IMG/VR virus record: IMGVR_UViG_3300005077_000010
Span: 27,660 to 91,659 of that record
Source: a virus
DNA: 64,000 nt
Direction: 5' to 3' (one strand)
The notes beneath the pieces were generated by a model that saw only the letters and a list, made by a program, of their open reading frames with translations, had not been told where the DNA came from and made no database searches. This document shows, one piece after another, positions 18,660 to 28,298 of this stretch; the first letter of the stretch is position 1, and each line of letters starts with the position of its first letter. A program made the position numbers and the translations under genes.

Positions 18660-19499
18660 GAGATTTGGGCAGACGAAGTTCTAGATGCACTAGAACACAA
18701 CCTAGTCATGGCAAAACTAGTTAACACGAGTTATTCCGACCTAGTTCGTGGGAAGGGTGACACCGTTAATATTCCTACTCTATCTAATTTAACTGCTCAT
18801 GATAAGGCAGTAAAGACAGCTGTAACAGTTCAGGCACCCGACGAAAGTTGTCTAGCTATTACAGTAGATAAGCATAAGGAAACAAGCTTTGTGGTTGAAG
18901 ATTTTGTAGAGATTCAGACTTCTGTAAATCTACGTGGATCTTACACAAAGCGTGCTGGTTATGCGATTGCTAAAGTAATTGATGATGATTTAATTACAAA
19001 GGCGGGAACTTGTTTTGATTGTATCGATTCAACTTCCGTTGGTAACTCTAGTGTGCTTGATGAGAACGACATTCTACTTGCCAAGACTCTACTTGACGAG
19101 AATGATGTTCCTCCTGAAGATCGGCACCTAGTAGTAGCTCCCCAGCAATATAATGAGCTACTTAAGATTGCTCGTTTTACCGAACATCGTATGCTAAACA
19201 ATGATGGTATGCCTATTCAGAAGGGTCTACTTGGGACTATTCATGGGTTTACTGTATGGATGACTCAGCAATTAGCGGCTACTGGTACTGGAACATCTGA
19301 TACCATTAATACGCTAGCTTTTCATCGGGATGCTATTGCTCTACTAATGCAAATGAATCCTCGTGTACAGGCTAACTATATTCCTGAGTATCTTGCTTGG
19401 CTAGTAACGATTGACACTATTTATGGTATGGGGTGTTTACGCGCAGATTTTGGATTTATTATTCAGAACGACGCAATTACCTACTCATCTTGTACTTAA
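18660..19499 (+). CDS. Major capsid protein exon 2 (spliced product 298 aa, P22-coat/N4-gp56-like HK97 fold)
   Basis: EIWADEVL, KGDTVNIP, AGYAIAKVID, LDENDVPPEDR, GTIHGF, AFHRDAI, DTIYG. Confidence 0.93.
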   Translation, partial: EIWADEVLDALEHNLVMAKLVNTSYSDLVRGKGDTVNIPTLSNLTAHDKAVKTAVTVQAPDESCLAITVDKHKETSFVVEDFVEIQTSVNLRGSYTKRAGYAIAKVIDDDLITKAGTCFDCIDSTSVGNSSVLDENDILLAKTLLDENDVPPEDRHLVVAPQQYNELLKIARFTEHRMLNNDGMPIQKGLLGTIHGFTVWMTQQLAATGTGTSDTINTLAFHRDAIALLMQMNPRVQANYIPEYLAWLVTIDTIYGMGCLRADFGFIIQNDAITYSSCT

Positions 19500-19509
19500 T
19501 TTTTTGACT

Positions 19510-19550
19510 GAATAGGGGGGTAGGGGTAACTCTACTCCCCTATTCTATTT
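19510..19550 (+). terminator. Intrinsic terminator-like hairpin after MCP
   Basis: GAATAGGGGGGTAGG-GGTAAC-TCTACTCCCCTATTC followed by TATTT. Confidence 0.7.
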
Positions 19551-19571
19551 ATATATAGAAGGAGAATTAAA

Positions 19572-20006
19572 ATGCCCCTAGCAATACGGACAATAAAGAA
19601 AGTAGCAGACGGGTCTATAAAGAGAGTAAATGAAGGTGTTGCTGCTAATATGGTGGGAAAAGGATTATATGTATATGCAGATGACGGTCCTGATTTAAGT
19701 AGAGCATTTGTTGTTGCGAACTCTAAAACCCTTGACAAGTTAGAAAAGCGAGAGACTCCTATTGTAGATTTTAAAAAGGATTTAAAGCCTGTAAAGTCTA
19801 CTGAAGCAAAATCAACTACTCCGAAGAGAATTAAGAAAGAAAGTATACCAAAAGAGCAGATGGATGCGATTAAAGCTATTAATGCAGCACAACCATCTCC
19901 CGCAATTAATACACAAGCTGACGGATTTTCAAATTTAGTTAAACATGCCAAAGACAGATTAAAGAAAACCCAAACTAAAATTCCTCTAAAACTGCCAGAA
20001 AAGTAA
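19572..20006 (+). CDS. Hypothetical Lys/Pro-rich protein (post-capsid)
   Basis: AAGGAG RBS, low-complexity basic C-terminal half. Confidence 0.6.
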   Translation: MPLAIRTIKKVADGSIKRVNEGVAANMVGKGLYVYADDGPDLSRAFVVANSKTLDKLEKRETPIVDFKKDLKPVKSTEAKSTTPKRIKKESIPKEQMDAIKAINAAQPSPAINTQADGFSNLVKHAKDRLKKTQTKIPLKLPEK

Positions 20007-20020
20007 TAAAAGGTGAAGAA

Positions 20021-20860
20021 ATGAAAGAGAATAGAAAAACAGGCGCGATTCATCAACTAGATAAAAAATTAAGTGTTCCGAAACATAATATTATTGGATT
20101 AGATGGAAAACCCTTAAAGAAAGAATTTAGGCGGTTTGATGCTGATCCTGACAAAAAGAAATTGCTTTGTATTTATGTTCCTGTATCTATGCCTTTTGTA
20201 TACAGAAAGTTTTTTGCCAATTTTTTACGAATCATTCATCCTTCTCATTTTATTAATTGGAAAAAGTATGGTGTAGTAAGTTATTATACACAGATACAAA
20301 CGACATTTCCATTATGTAAAAATAGAAATGAAGCGGTATTAAAAGCATTAGAGCATGAAGCAGATTATATAATGTTTGTGGATGCTGATATGCAACATCC
20401 GGCAGAGATTATAACACAATTATTAGCGCATCAGTTACCAGTTGTTAGTGGTATGTATTTTCATCAAGCTCCGCCTCATTTACCTGTAGTTTATAAGCAC
20501 AAAGAAGGTATTCACTATACACATTATTATGATTATCCTAAAGATGAGTTATTTACTGTAGATTTAGTGGGAATGGGATGTATGTTGGTAGACACTAAAA
20601 TCTTTAAACATATAGAATTACCTTATTTTGGTTATCGGTCTAGTAGAAAAGATGGGATAGTTGAAGGGACAGAAGAAGTTATATTTTGTGAAAAAATTAG
20701 AGAAGCCGGTTTTGATATAGTTGTCGATCCAAAAATTCAGTGTACTCATTTTGCTATTGAAGATGTATCTGAAGTTTCATTTGACAGTTATATGAATGAA
20801 TACAAAACAGGGCAAGCATTATTAGAAAAATTTGGAGAAACTTATAGAAATGCTACTTAA
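20021..20860 (+). CDS. GT2-like glycosyltransferase in head module
   Basis: KNRNEAV, YIMFVDADM (DxD), VVSGMY, GMGCMLV, EEVIFC, VDPKIQCTH. Confidence 0.85.
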   Translation: MKENRKTGAIHQLDKKLSVPKHNIIGLDGKPLKKEFRRFDADPDKKKLLCIYVPVSMPFVYRKFFANFLRIIHPSHFINWKKYGVVSYYTQIQTTFPLCKNRNEAVLKALEHEADYIMFVDADMQHPAEIITQLLAHQLPVVSGMYFHQAPPHLPVVYKHKEGIHYTHYYDYPKDELFTVDLVGMGCMLVDTKIFKHIELPYFGYRSSRKDGIVEGTEEVIFCEKIREAGFDIVVDPKIQCTHFAIEDVSEVSFDSYMNEYKTGQALLEKFGETYRNAT

Positions 20861-21119
20861 TATAATTTTGTATATATTATGTGTTTATGGTATAGCAACA
20901 ATTATTTCTTCAGAATATATATTTTCATTAGTTATAGATAAATTTAAAAAATATAAAACTTTGTATTATTTACTAACTTGTAATAAATGTATGACAGTTT
21001 GGGTTGGATTTATAGTATCTTTATTAGGGTTTGGTATCATTAGTCCTATAGTTGACCCATTTATTGCTTATACATGCACACTATTTTTAAATAAATTTCT
21101 CGAAGATCCTGAAATTTAG
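20850..21119 (+). CDS. Small membrane protein with CxxC (DUF1360-like)
   Basis: Hydrophobic segments, YLLTCNKCMTVWVG. Confidence 0.6.
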   Translation: MLLNIILYILCVYGIATIISSEYIFSLVIDKFKKYKTLYYLLTCNKCMTVWVGFIVSLLGFGIISPIVDPFIAYTCTLFLNKFLEDPEI

Positions 21120-21148
21120 TTGATTATTAAATTTTAAAATGATATCAT
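21120..21148 (+). promoter_or_regulatory. sigma70-type promoter upstream of the endolysin
   Basis: TTGATT-N17-TATCAT with extended -10 TGn. Confidence 0.5.
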
Positions 21149-21187
21149 AATATAGAATGCTATAAATACGAAGGGAGTATTCTATCT

Positions 21188-21781
21188 ATGGATATCATAC
21201 TAAGTAACGCCCATTCTAGTTATGCTAAAGGTGCTTCTGGAGATTTTGGAGGCAAACTTTATGCTGAATATGATTTATCTGCCTCTATAAATAAATTATT
21301 ATACGATTTACTTATTAAAGCTGGGTTTACTACTACTATTATTGACGCTTCTCATATAACTCCATATTCAAAATCATTAGAATATAAAGCTAAAGCAATT
21401 AGTGATTACACCCCAAAAGTGGCAGTTGAAACTCATTTTAACGCAGGGCCGAATGTCGTTTTATCTAAAGTTAGTTGCGGAATGGAAATTGTATATACTG
21501 ATAGGCATACTAAACAATGTGAATTATTAGCTCAATGTTGTATGCAAAGTATGATACATTCACTGCCTTTTAAAATACGAAGAGATGGTAGTGGATTATA
21601 TAAACATAATAAAATTTATTTATTAAATACTGTTACATGTCCAATTATTATTGTCGAAGTTTGTTTTATTACTCATCCTATAGATAGATTATTTTTATTA
21701 CACCCTAGAGCTATTGATATTATTGCTAATAGCTTATGTACTGGCATTATTAATTTTTTAAAAGTTAACAAGGGGGAGTAA
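21188..21781 (+). CDS. Endolysin, N-acetylmuramoyl-L-alanine amidase (Amidase_3)
   Basis: IILSNAH, AEYDL, VETHFNA, IIVEVCFIT..D (Zn ligands H/E/H and catalytic E). Confidence 0.85.
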   Translation: MDIILSNAHSSYAKGASGDFGGKLYAEYDLSASINKLLYDLLIKAGFTTTIIDASHITPYSKSLEYKAKAISDYTPKVAVETHFNAGPNVVLSKVSCGMEIVYTDRHTKQCELLAQCCMQSMIHSLPFKIRRDGSGLYKHNKIYLLNTVTCPIIIVEVCFITHPIDRLFLLHPRAIDIIANSLCTGIINFLKVNKGE

Positions 21782-21782
21782 T

Positions 21783-22124
21783 GTGGGAGATAGTACATTC
21801 GGCAAAGAGGATATGTATTTATTTATGGAATCCCACAAGAATATGGTGGAACTCCATACTCTTGTGTTAACTCAACTTCAAGCTTTATTAAAAAGTAACG
21901 AAGAATCAGTTAAAAAAACAGATCAAGTATTACAAGCGATTAGTAATATGACAGATAAAATGGGAGATTATGTAGAAAAAGCTGGACAAATACAAATTGC
22001 AATGGCACAAAATCAATCTGAAAATACTAAAGCCCATGAAGCTATTAAAAATTATATGTATGTGGGTTGGGTAGGAATGGCAAGTATTATTTTATTACTT
22101 GTGTTAACATTTATAATAGTATAG
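21783..22124 (+). CDS. Coiled-coil protein with C-terminal TM helix (holin/lysis-associated candidate)
   Basis: Helical body plus terminal hydrophobic stretch, directly after the amidase. Confidence 0.5.
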   Translation: MGDSTFGKEDMYLFMESHKNMVELHTLVLTQLQALLKSNEESVKKTDQVLQAISNMTDKMGDYVEKAGQIQIAMAQNQSENTKAHEAIKNYMYVGWVGMASIILLLVLTFIIV

Positions 22125-22135
22125 CAGGATTAAAA

Positions 22136-23329
22136 ATGGATAAGATAGATCAAATTACAACGGCCACAATTCTTGATAACATTCCAGCATTAGTATACGT
22201 AAAAGATACCAATAATAGATTATTAAAAGTCAATAACTCATTAGCCGTTGCATTAAATCTACAAAAGGACAAAATAGAAAACAAATCATGTTGGGAGTTA
22301 TGTCCTCATGATTTAGCAGACATATATTGGGAACATGATCAACTTATCCAAATAAATGGCGAACCGATAAAAAATATTGTAGAAGAAATAGTAGTTAACG
22401 GGGTTAGACGATGGCATAGAACAGATAAATATCCATTAAAAAACGAAGCAGGAAAAGTAATAGGTATTGTGGGTATTTCAATTGATATCCACGCAAATAA
22501 GAAAGAACACGAACAATTAGTACAACTGCAAACAGCAATGGAATTTTCTCATAGTGTAGTAATAGTTACAGACACAAAAGGAATTATTACATATGTTAAT
22601 CCGCGTTTTACACAAGTTACAGGTTATACGCGAAAAGAAGCATTAGGTAAAAGTACTAGGATGCTAAAATCTGGTAAACTTTCTCCATCTATATATACAC
22701 ATTTATGGGATACTATTACTAATGGAAATGTATGGAGTGGAGAATTTTTAAATAAGACAAAATCAGGAGAATATTATTGGGAAGTAGGAAATGTAGCCCC
22801 AGTTAGAAATACAGAAGGAGAAATCACTAATTTTATTAAAGTATCTTCCGCATTAACTGATTTAAAACGTACTGTATTTAATGTTTGGAATGTATTTGAG
22901 GATTCCAATAATTTAATTGTCGTGCTAGATAAAACAATGCAAATAATTTATTGTAATCAAGCAGTGGCGTTTCAATTAGGATTCCCATCATCAAATGAAC
23001 TTATAGGAAAAAGTTGGAAAGAATTTATTCCTACAGAGTCAAAACATATTGTTGAATTAGTACATAGTGAATTAATTAAAGGATCATATAAAGTAAAAGA
23101 ATTTGTAAATGATATTCAAGATATTAATGGTAATACTTATATGGTACGGTGGTTTAACTCAAATATTAATGGAAATACGGGGTTAACTTTTAGTATTGGT
23201 GTAGTAGCAAAATCTACAATCAATATTAATGACTCTGTTGAAACTATACGTAAACATTTTAAAATGTCTATTGATAAAGATAAACATTTTATTTTAGCCA
23301 TGAAAAAAAGTTTACAACATGAAATATAA
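22136..23329 (+). CDS. Triple PAS-domain protein without output domain
   Basis: PAS1 NIPALVYVKD...KYPLKNEAGKVIGIVGISIDI. PAS2 VTDTKGIITYVNPRFTQVTGY...LWDTITNGNVWSGEFLNKTKSGEYYW. PAS3 VLDKTMQIIYCN...LGF...ELIGK. Start set at ATG 22136 (AGGA RBS). Confidence 0.9.
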   Translation: MDKIDQITTATILDNIPALVYVKDTNNRLLKVNNSLAVALNLQKDKIENKSCWELCPHDLADIYWEHDQLIQINGEPIKNIVEEIVVNGVRRWHRTDKYPLKNEAGKVIGIVGISIDIHANKKEHEQLVQLQTAMEFSHSVVIVTDTKGIITYVNPRFTQVTGYTRKEALGKSTRMLKSGKLSPSIYTHLWDTITNGNVWSGEFLNKTKSGEYYWEVGNVAPVRNTEGEITNFIKVSSALTDLKRTVFNVWNVFEDSNNLIVVLDKTMQIIYCNQAVAFQLGFPSSNELIGKSWKEFIPTESKHIVELVHSELIKGSYKVKEFVNDIQDINGNTYMVRWFNSNINGNTGLTFSIGVVAKSTININDSVETIRKHFKMSIDKDKHFILAMKKSLQHEI

Positions 23330-23654
23330 TAATAATACCAAACAACATATAGTATCAAATATGTTACGCCTTTCTTCAAATTATCAAAAATGGAGAAATG
23401 AAGTAATAAAAATACAAGGTAATAGATGTCAAGTATGTGGAACTAATAAATATTTACAAGTACATCATAAAACAGAAGTATCAGAAATATTATATAAGTA
23501 TTTTAAATATAAAAATCGCAAATATATAGATTTTCAAGAAACTTTAAAAGATTTAGATAATATTCCTGAATTATGGGAAACCTCAAACGGGGAAGTACTT
23601 TGTAAATATTGTCATGCAGCTGAACATCCTGATAACTTGGATATGTTAATTTAG
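23319..23654 (+). CDS. HNH endonuclease
   Basis: WR..V....CQVC...LQVHH...NGEVLCKYCH...H. Confidence 0.85.
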   Translation: MKYNNNTKQHIVSNMLRLSSNYQKWRNEVIKIQGNRCQVCGTNKYLQVHHKTEVSEILYKYFKYKNRKYIDFQETLKDLDNIPELWETSNGEVLCKYCHAAEHPDNLDMLI

Positions 23655-23664
23655 GAGATTTAAT

Positions 23665-23853
23665 ATGCCGAATGTACAAAAGGGCGAAAGCCAAAAAGAC
23701 TTTGTTTCACGGTGTATTCCTTATTTAATGAAACAAGAACAAAAAACTCAAGCACAAGCAACTGCCATTTGTTATAATTTATATAAACAAGCTAAAATTA
23801 AACCAAAACGCCGATCTAGAAAAAAACGTCAAACCCCAACAAAAAGGAAATAA
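23665..23853 (+). CDS. Small basic phage protein
   Basis: GES..DFVSRC...QATAIC motif with K/R-rich tail, AGGAG RBS. Confidence 0.65.
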   Translation: MPNVQKGESQKDFVSRCIPYLMKQEQKTQAQATAICYNLYKQAKIKPKRRSRKKRQTPTKRK

Positions 23854-23857
23854 TATA

Positions 23858-24052
23858 ATGGCAAAACCCTGGATTAAAAATGCTATTAAAAAGAAAGGGG
23901 CTTTACGTAAAACATTAAAGAAAAAGAAAGGCAAAAAAATTACATTAAAAGATCTAGCAAAAGCTAAAAAAAGTAAAAATCCTACTACACGACGTAGAGC
24001 AGCACTTGCTATGACTCTTAGAAAATTTAATAAAAAACAACATAAAAAATAA
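23858..24052 (+). CDS. Small, very basic phage protein
   Basis: WIKNAIKKKGALRK...RAALAMTLRKF. Confidence 0.65.
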   Translation: MAKPWIKNAIKKKGALRKTLKKKKGKKITLKDLAKAKKSKNPTTRRRAALAMTLRKFNKKQHKK

Positions 24053-24066
24053 ATAGGAGAACTACC

Positions 24067-24480
24067 ATGGGAGCTATTGCAGCATTTGTAGCTAAATTTG
24101 GAACTGCTATTCAGTTTCTTATCCCATTATTACGGCTACTATGGAAAATCTTGAATCCTAAAATTAAAGGAATATTAGATACTTTATGGGATTATACAGA
24201 AGATTATGTTGAAAAAGAATTACAAACACTAGAAAAGAAAAATTTAGGGGACTCAAAAAGTAAAATTAAAGAAGCTGTGTTTAATACAACTGCTAAAAAA
24301 GCGTTGTCATCACAAGGGTATTCATTAACTACAGCAGAACTTAATTTGGCTAGAGAACTTATACATTATAAAAAAGTTAAACCCAAAACTCGTAAAGTAA
24401 AATCGCGTAAACAAACAAAAAAGCAAACCAAAAAATCGTGTAAACAAACCAAAAAATCTAAAAGCAGTAATAACCAATAA
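24067..24480 (+). CDS. Amphipathic N-terminal protein with KQTKK-repeat tail (holin-like or hypothetical)
   Basis: Hydrophobic N-terminus, basic repeats, AGGAG RBS. Confidence 0.5.
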   Translation: MGAIAAFVAKFGTAIQFLIPLLRLLWKILNPKIKGILDTLWDYTEDYVEKELQTLEKKNLGDSKSKIKEAVFNTTAKKALSSQGYSLTTAELNLARELIHYKKVKPKTRKVKSRKQTKKQTKKSCKQTKKSKSSNNQ

Positions 24481-24491
24481 AGAGGACCACA

Positions 24492-27400
24492 ATGAAAAAA
24501 TTTACTTTTGTTATTTTACTACTCACACTTTTTATCCCCTTTAATGTTAATGCCGACCTTTCTCCCCCAGCTACTGTAGAAAGCGGATCTGTTACAACTG
24601 AAAAAGACCTTGTAACAGGTACAGGACTTACAGGGGGAGCAAATGATGTACTTGTTGGAGAAGACGGGGATGTTACAATTAGTACAGTACAAGATATCGC
24701 AACTACAGCAACTCCGTCATTTTCAGGTATTAATTTAACAGATGATACGGATCTCAACGGAAACGACCTTTCAGAAGTTGGAAATTTATCAGTAGAAGAT
24801 AATATAACAAGTGATGATAGATATCAGTGCGGAGCAGTTACGTCCGCACTTCTTAACGGTGCGCCAGTAGTTTATGATGGAACAGACTACCTAAATACAC
24901 CTGCTGAATCAGGATGTGCTAGCGGATACATTCTATTTCTAGTAGCAGAGGGAGAGCCGTCTTATGCTACATGTGATAGTCCATCTCTTGATATTTCCAC
25001 CGCATATACTGATCCAAATGGATTTTTTGATGATGAAGCGGATATATATGTTGCAGCAGTGAACCTTCCAGGTATGGGAATGCATGGTACTTTCTACTTT
25101 ACAAATTATACGGAATTTGCGGCTGTAGTAGAAATGTTGGAGGGATCGATTGATGCATATGAAGTAGCATTCAGTTGGAACAGTACAACTTGCGAATATG
25201 ATACCGAGACTTTATCAACTGTTTCATGGTATACAGACACGTGTAGCGGGGATGATGCAAACTGTCCTGCTACTACATTTCCTTCTCCTTCAGTTACGGT
25301 CACCGCATCACCAATTTACAGTTTTAACTTTGATGCTACCACGAAATCACTGACGATAGAAAATGATATAACTGCCGGTAACACTATAAGTGGAAGTACT
25401 CTTAATGGTACTTACTCTACAATTACTGATGGTGTAGCAGTTGGAGAAAATACAGAATTAGAAGTAGAGACTAATCTTAATCAGGCTGGGGTTGTTATAC
25501 ATAAAACTTATACAGATTATGATGAAAGTCTCTATGCTGGACCTGGAGAACCCAACTCAAATTATGTTAGGTCAGGGCTACGAATTCAAACGTTTGCCAA
25601 TCCTGCTACTGCATATGATGGATCAGGTTATTATCAGATTACATACGGACTACAAAACTTAGTTATGTCGGGTACGGCTAATAACATCGATCAGGTATAC
25701 GGAAGTTTAAACCAAGCTTACGTGTCTGGCGATGGTCAAACTGCTTACGGGGTTACAGGAGTTAATTCTCAGATTGGTACCACTCATGCTAACGCAACAA
25801 TTGCTTCAGGTTATCTATATAATGCTAGTATTGCTTTTGCGTTAGGAACTCATACGTCAGTGGTAGGGTATAACGTAGAAGATCTGACCACGAACGCAGT
25901 CACCGCTTGGGGTATTAAGTCAGCTACTGATATGTTAGCACTAGATAATATCGAATGGGTATTTGGGACTGACAGTGATATACGTATTGGTCATAACGGA
26001 ACGGCTGGGGAACTGACAATTGCTGACGGAGTGGGCGATCAAGATATTAAACTACTCTTTAATGGTACTACGAATGACGGCACTATTACATATATGGAAG
26101 ATGAAGATTTATTTAATTTTGATGAATCAATTACAACATCAGCATATTTAGGTTTAGGTGTACTAGCAGATGCCCCCGGAAGTACTAACGGTATAATATG
26201 GGTTGAAAGTGATGGAATACACGCTTATTATGGTGATACAGAACATACATTAGGAGTGTCTAATGTAGTTGTAGAAGATGACGCATATGGAAGCGGATGG
26301 GATGACGACACTACTAATGCCCCTAGCCAAAATGCGGTATATGATATTCTAAACCAATATGATACAGATGATGATGGAGATATTGATAATTTGGATTCTG
26401 GTGTAATAGTAAATACGGAGTGTACTTTAGTTTCAACATTTACAGATGATGCGATTAATACAGCAATAGACGCATTAACCGATGGCGGGTGTGTTCAATT
26501 ATTAGAGGGAGAATACGTAGTAGATACCGGAATTGTTATTACTAAAAGTAATATCACCATACAAGGGGTAGGCTGGAGTAGTATATTAAAAATTCCAACT
26601 AACACAAATACTGGATTATATCGTGTATTAAGTAACCGCTATGCAGCAGGAGCCGATCCTAATGATGAGTATGCGGTTAATAACTTAACACTTAAAGATT
26701 TTGCAATAGACGGCAATAATGCAAATCAATCTTCAGGTGATCATAACGGTATTGAAATTAGTGGTATGGATAATGTTATGATTGATCATTTATATATTCA
26801 TGATTTACTAGATCGTCCTATTAGAGTACAAGATAATAAAGCTACAGGTTTAGTAGATCCTGATAACTTAACAATAAAAAATTGTACATTAGATCGAGAA
26901 ACTGATACTGATCAAGTTATTTATATTACCGACGCTTCAGATGTTTTTATTACTAGCAATAAAATAATGAATGGCGATACGGCTATTATTATTTATTTAA
27001 ATGACGGAAAAGGGATTATAACAAATAACGTGTTTACAAATGTAAATGGCGCTATTTATACGGGTAATTCTATTGGGTATTATGTAATAGCTAATAATGA
27101 TATTTATGCGTCAGGTGGAGGTAATGATTACGGTATTCAATGTTTATCCGATAAATCCGTTATTCAAAGTAATAACATATATAATACATTAGCTGCTGGT
27201 ATTTATATTGACCAAAGTGATTATGTACTAGTGTCTAACAATTTATTATATGAGTGTGGAAATGAGTTTAATCACACACTTATAAATAGTGGAGATTACA
27301 ACTTAATTATAGGAAATTCAATAATTGACACTGTAGGAACACACGGCATATATATAATGTCAAATTCCGACAATAGCGTAATATCAAATAACTATGTGAA

Positions 27401-28295
27401 CGGCGCAAATGCTGAAGATATTGAAGATGATTCTTCTCCTGGTGATAGTTTTATATCATTTAATGCATCTTCTGCTAATAGGTATTTAAAAATAGGTGGT
27501 GGAGGAGGTACAGGAGGGACAGTTGAATTACCAGATAGGTTAGTCCACATAGAAGGGTACACAACGCTAACTAATACAGTTGATTATCCATTACGAATTG
27601 GTACAACTACAAACGGCACACCCGCAGCAAGTATCGGAGTCGGACTAGAAGCTGAAATAGAAACAGCGGCAGATAACTATGAAGTAGGAGGAACGCTTGA
27701 ATTTGCTGCTACAGATGTGGGAAATGCTAGTGAAGATTTTGACTTTATTGTTAAATTAATGGCTGGCGGATCTGCGGCGGCACAAATGTTTAAAGTAGAT
27801 AGTACAGGGACAGTAAGTGCTACTGATTATACTTCTGGAAGTGGTACAGGATCAGTTCCTACTTACTCATTTACATCAGATCCAGACACAGGAATGTATA
27901 ATGGATCTGGTGATGTATTATCATTTTCTGCTGGAACAGAAACTATAATGACAATTATAGAATCAGGAGTAGATTATGTAAATTTCGCAAGAAGTGTTGT
28001 TTATGCCCCAGCTAGTGTAACGTGTTCAGATCCTACGGATACTTGTACAGATGATGTAGGTAAAAGTACAGTTTATTTAACTACTGGATCGGATGGTCAA
28101 GCGGATACATGTACAGTAGCAGATTCTTCAGTAGATGGATTGAGAAAAACATGGTGGCATCTTGCGGGAACAGACTCCGTTACAATTGACACTGGCGGGG
28201 AAGATGTTGTACTTGCAGATCAATTTGATACAGTAACACTTGAATGGTTAGGATCTACTCATAAATGGCGGATATTAGCATCTTCGGGACTATAA
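24492..28295 (+). CDS. Large fibre/spike-like protein with right-handed beta-helix (pectate-lyase-like) domain and signal-peptide-like N-terminus
   Basis: MKKFTFVILLLTLFIPFNVNA. AINTAIDAL..GGCVQLLEGEY, IDGN and repeated I.NN beta-helix turns. Cys-rich module near the N-terminus. Confidence 0.75.
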   Translation: MKKFTFVILLLTLFIPFNVNADLSPPATVESGSVTTEKDLVTGTGLTGGANDVLVGEDGDVTISTVQDIATTATPSFSGINLTDDTDLNGNDLSEVGNLSVEDNITSDDRYQCGAVTSALLNGAPVVYDGTDYLNTPAESGCASGYILFLVAEGEPSYATCDSPSLDISTAYTDPNGFFDDEADIYVAAVNLPGMGMHGTFYFTNYTEFAAVVEMLEGSIDAYEVAFSWNSTTCEYDTETLSTVSWYTDTCSGDDANCPATTFPSPSVTVTASPIYSFNFDATTKSLTIENDITAGNTISGSTLNGTYSTITDGVAVGENTELEVETNLNQAGVVIHKTYTDYDESLYAGPGEPNSNYVRSGLRIQTFANPATAYDGSGYYQITYGLQNLVMSGTANNIDQVYGSLNQAYVSGDGQTAYGVTGVNSQIGTTHANATIASGYLYNASIAFALGTHTSVVGYNVEDLTTNAVTAWGIKSATDMLALDNIEWVFGTDSDIRIGHNGTAGELTIADGVGDQDIKLLFNGTTNDGTITYMEDEDLFNFDESITTSAYLGLGVLADAPGSTNGIIWVESDGIHAYYGDTEHTLGVSNVVVEDDAYGSGWDDDTTNAPSQNAVYDILNQYDTDDDGDIDNLDSGVIVNTECTLVSTFTDDAINTAIDALTDGGCVQLLEGEYVVDTGIVITKSNITIQGVGWSSILKIPTNTNTGLYRVLSNRYAAGADPNDEYAVNNLTLKDFAIDGNNANQSSGDHNGIEISGMDNVMIDHLYIHDLLDRPIRVQDNKATGLVDPDNLTIKNCTLDRETDTDQVIYITDASDVFITSNKIMNGDTAIIIYLNDGKGIITNNVFTNVNGAIYTGNSIGYYVIANNDIYASGGGNDYGIQCLSDKSVIQSNNIYNTLAAGIYIDQSDYVLVSNNLLYECGNEFNHTLINSGDYNLIIGNSIIDTVGTHGIYIMSNSDNSVISNNYVNGANAEDIEDDSSPGDSFISFNASSANRYLKIGGGGGTGGTVELPDRLVHIEGYTTLTNTVDYPLRIGTTTNGTPAASIGVGLEAEIETAADNYEVGGTLEFAATDVGNASEDFDFIVKLMAGGSAAAQMFKVDSTGTVSATDYTSGSGTGSVPTYSFTSDPDTGMYNGSGDVLSFSAGTETIMTIIESGVDYVNFARSVVYAPASVTCSDPTDTCTDDVGKSTVYLTTGSDGQADTCTVADSSVDGLRKTWWHLAGTDSVTIDTGGEDVVLADQFDTVTLEWLGSTHKWRILASSGL

Positions 28296-28298
28296 TAC

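Noticed and set aside
18708-19499. MCP starting at M18708 as given in the ORF track
   Set aside because: It has no RBS and lacks the conserved FIPEIW N-terminus that intron splicing restores.
11406-21158. Shared ATAATATAGAAT near two promoters as a phage-specific late motif
   Set aside because: Only two copies, at different spacing from the -35 box, in very AT-rich DNA.
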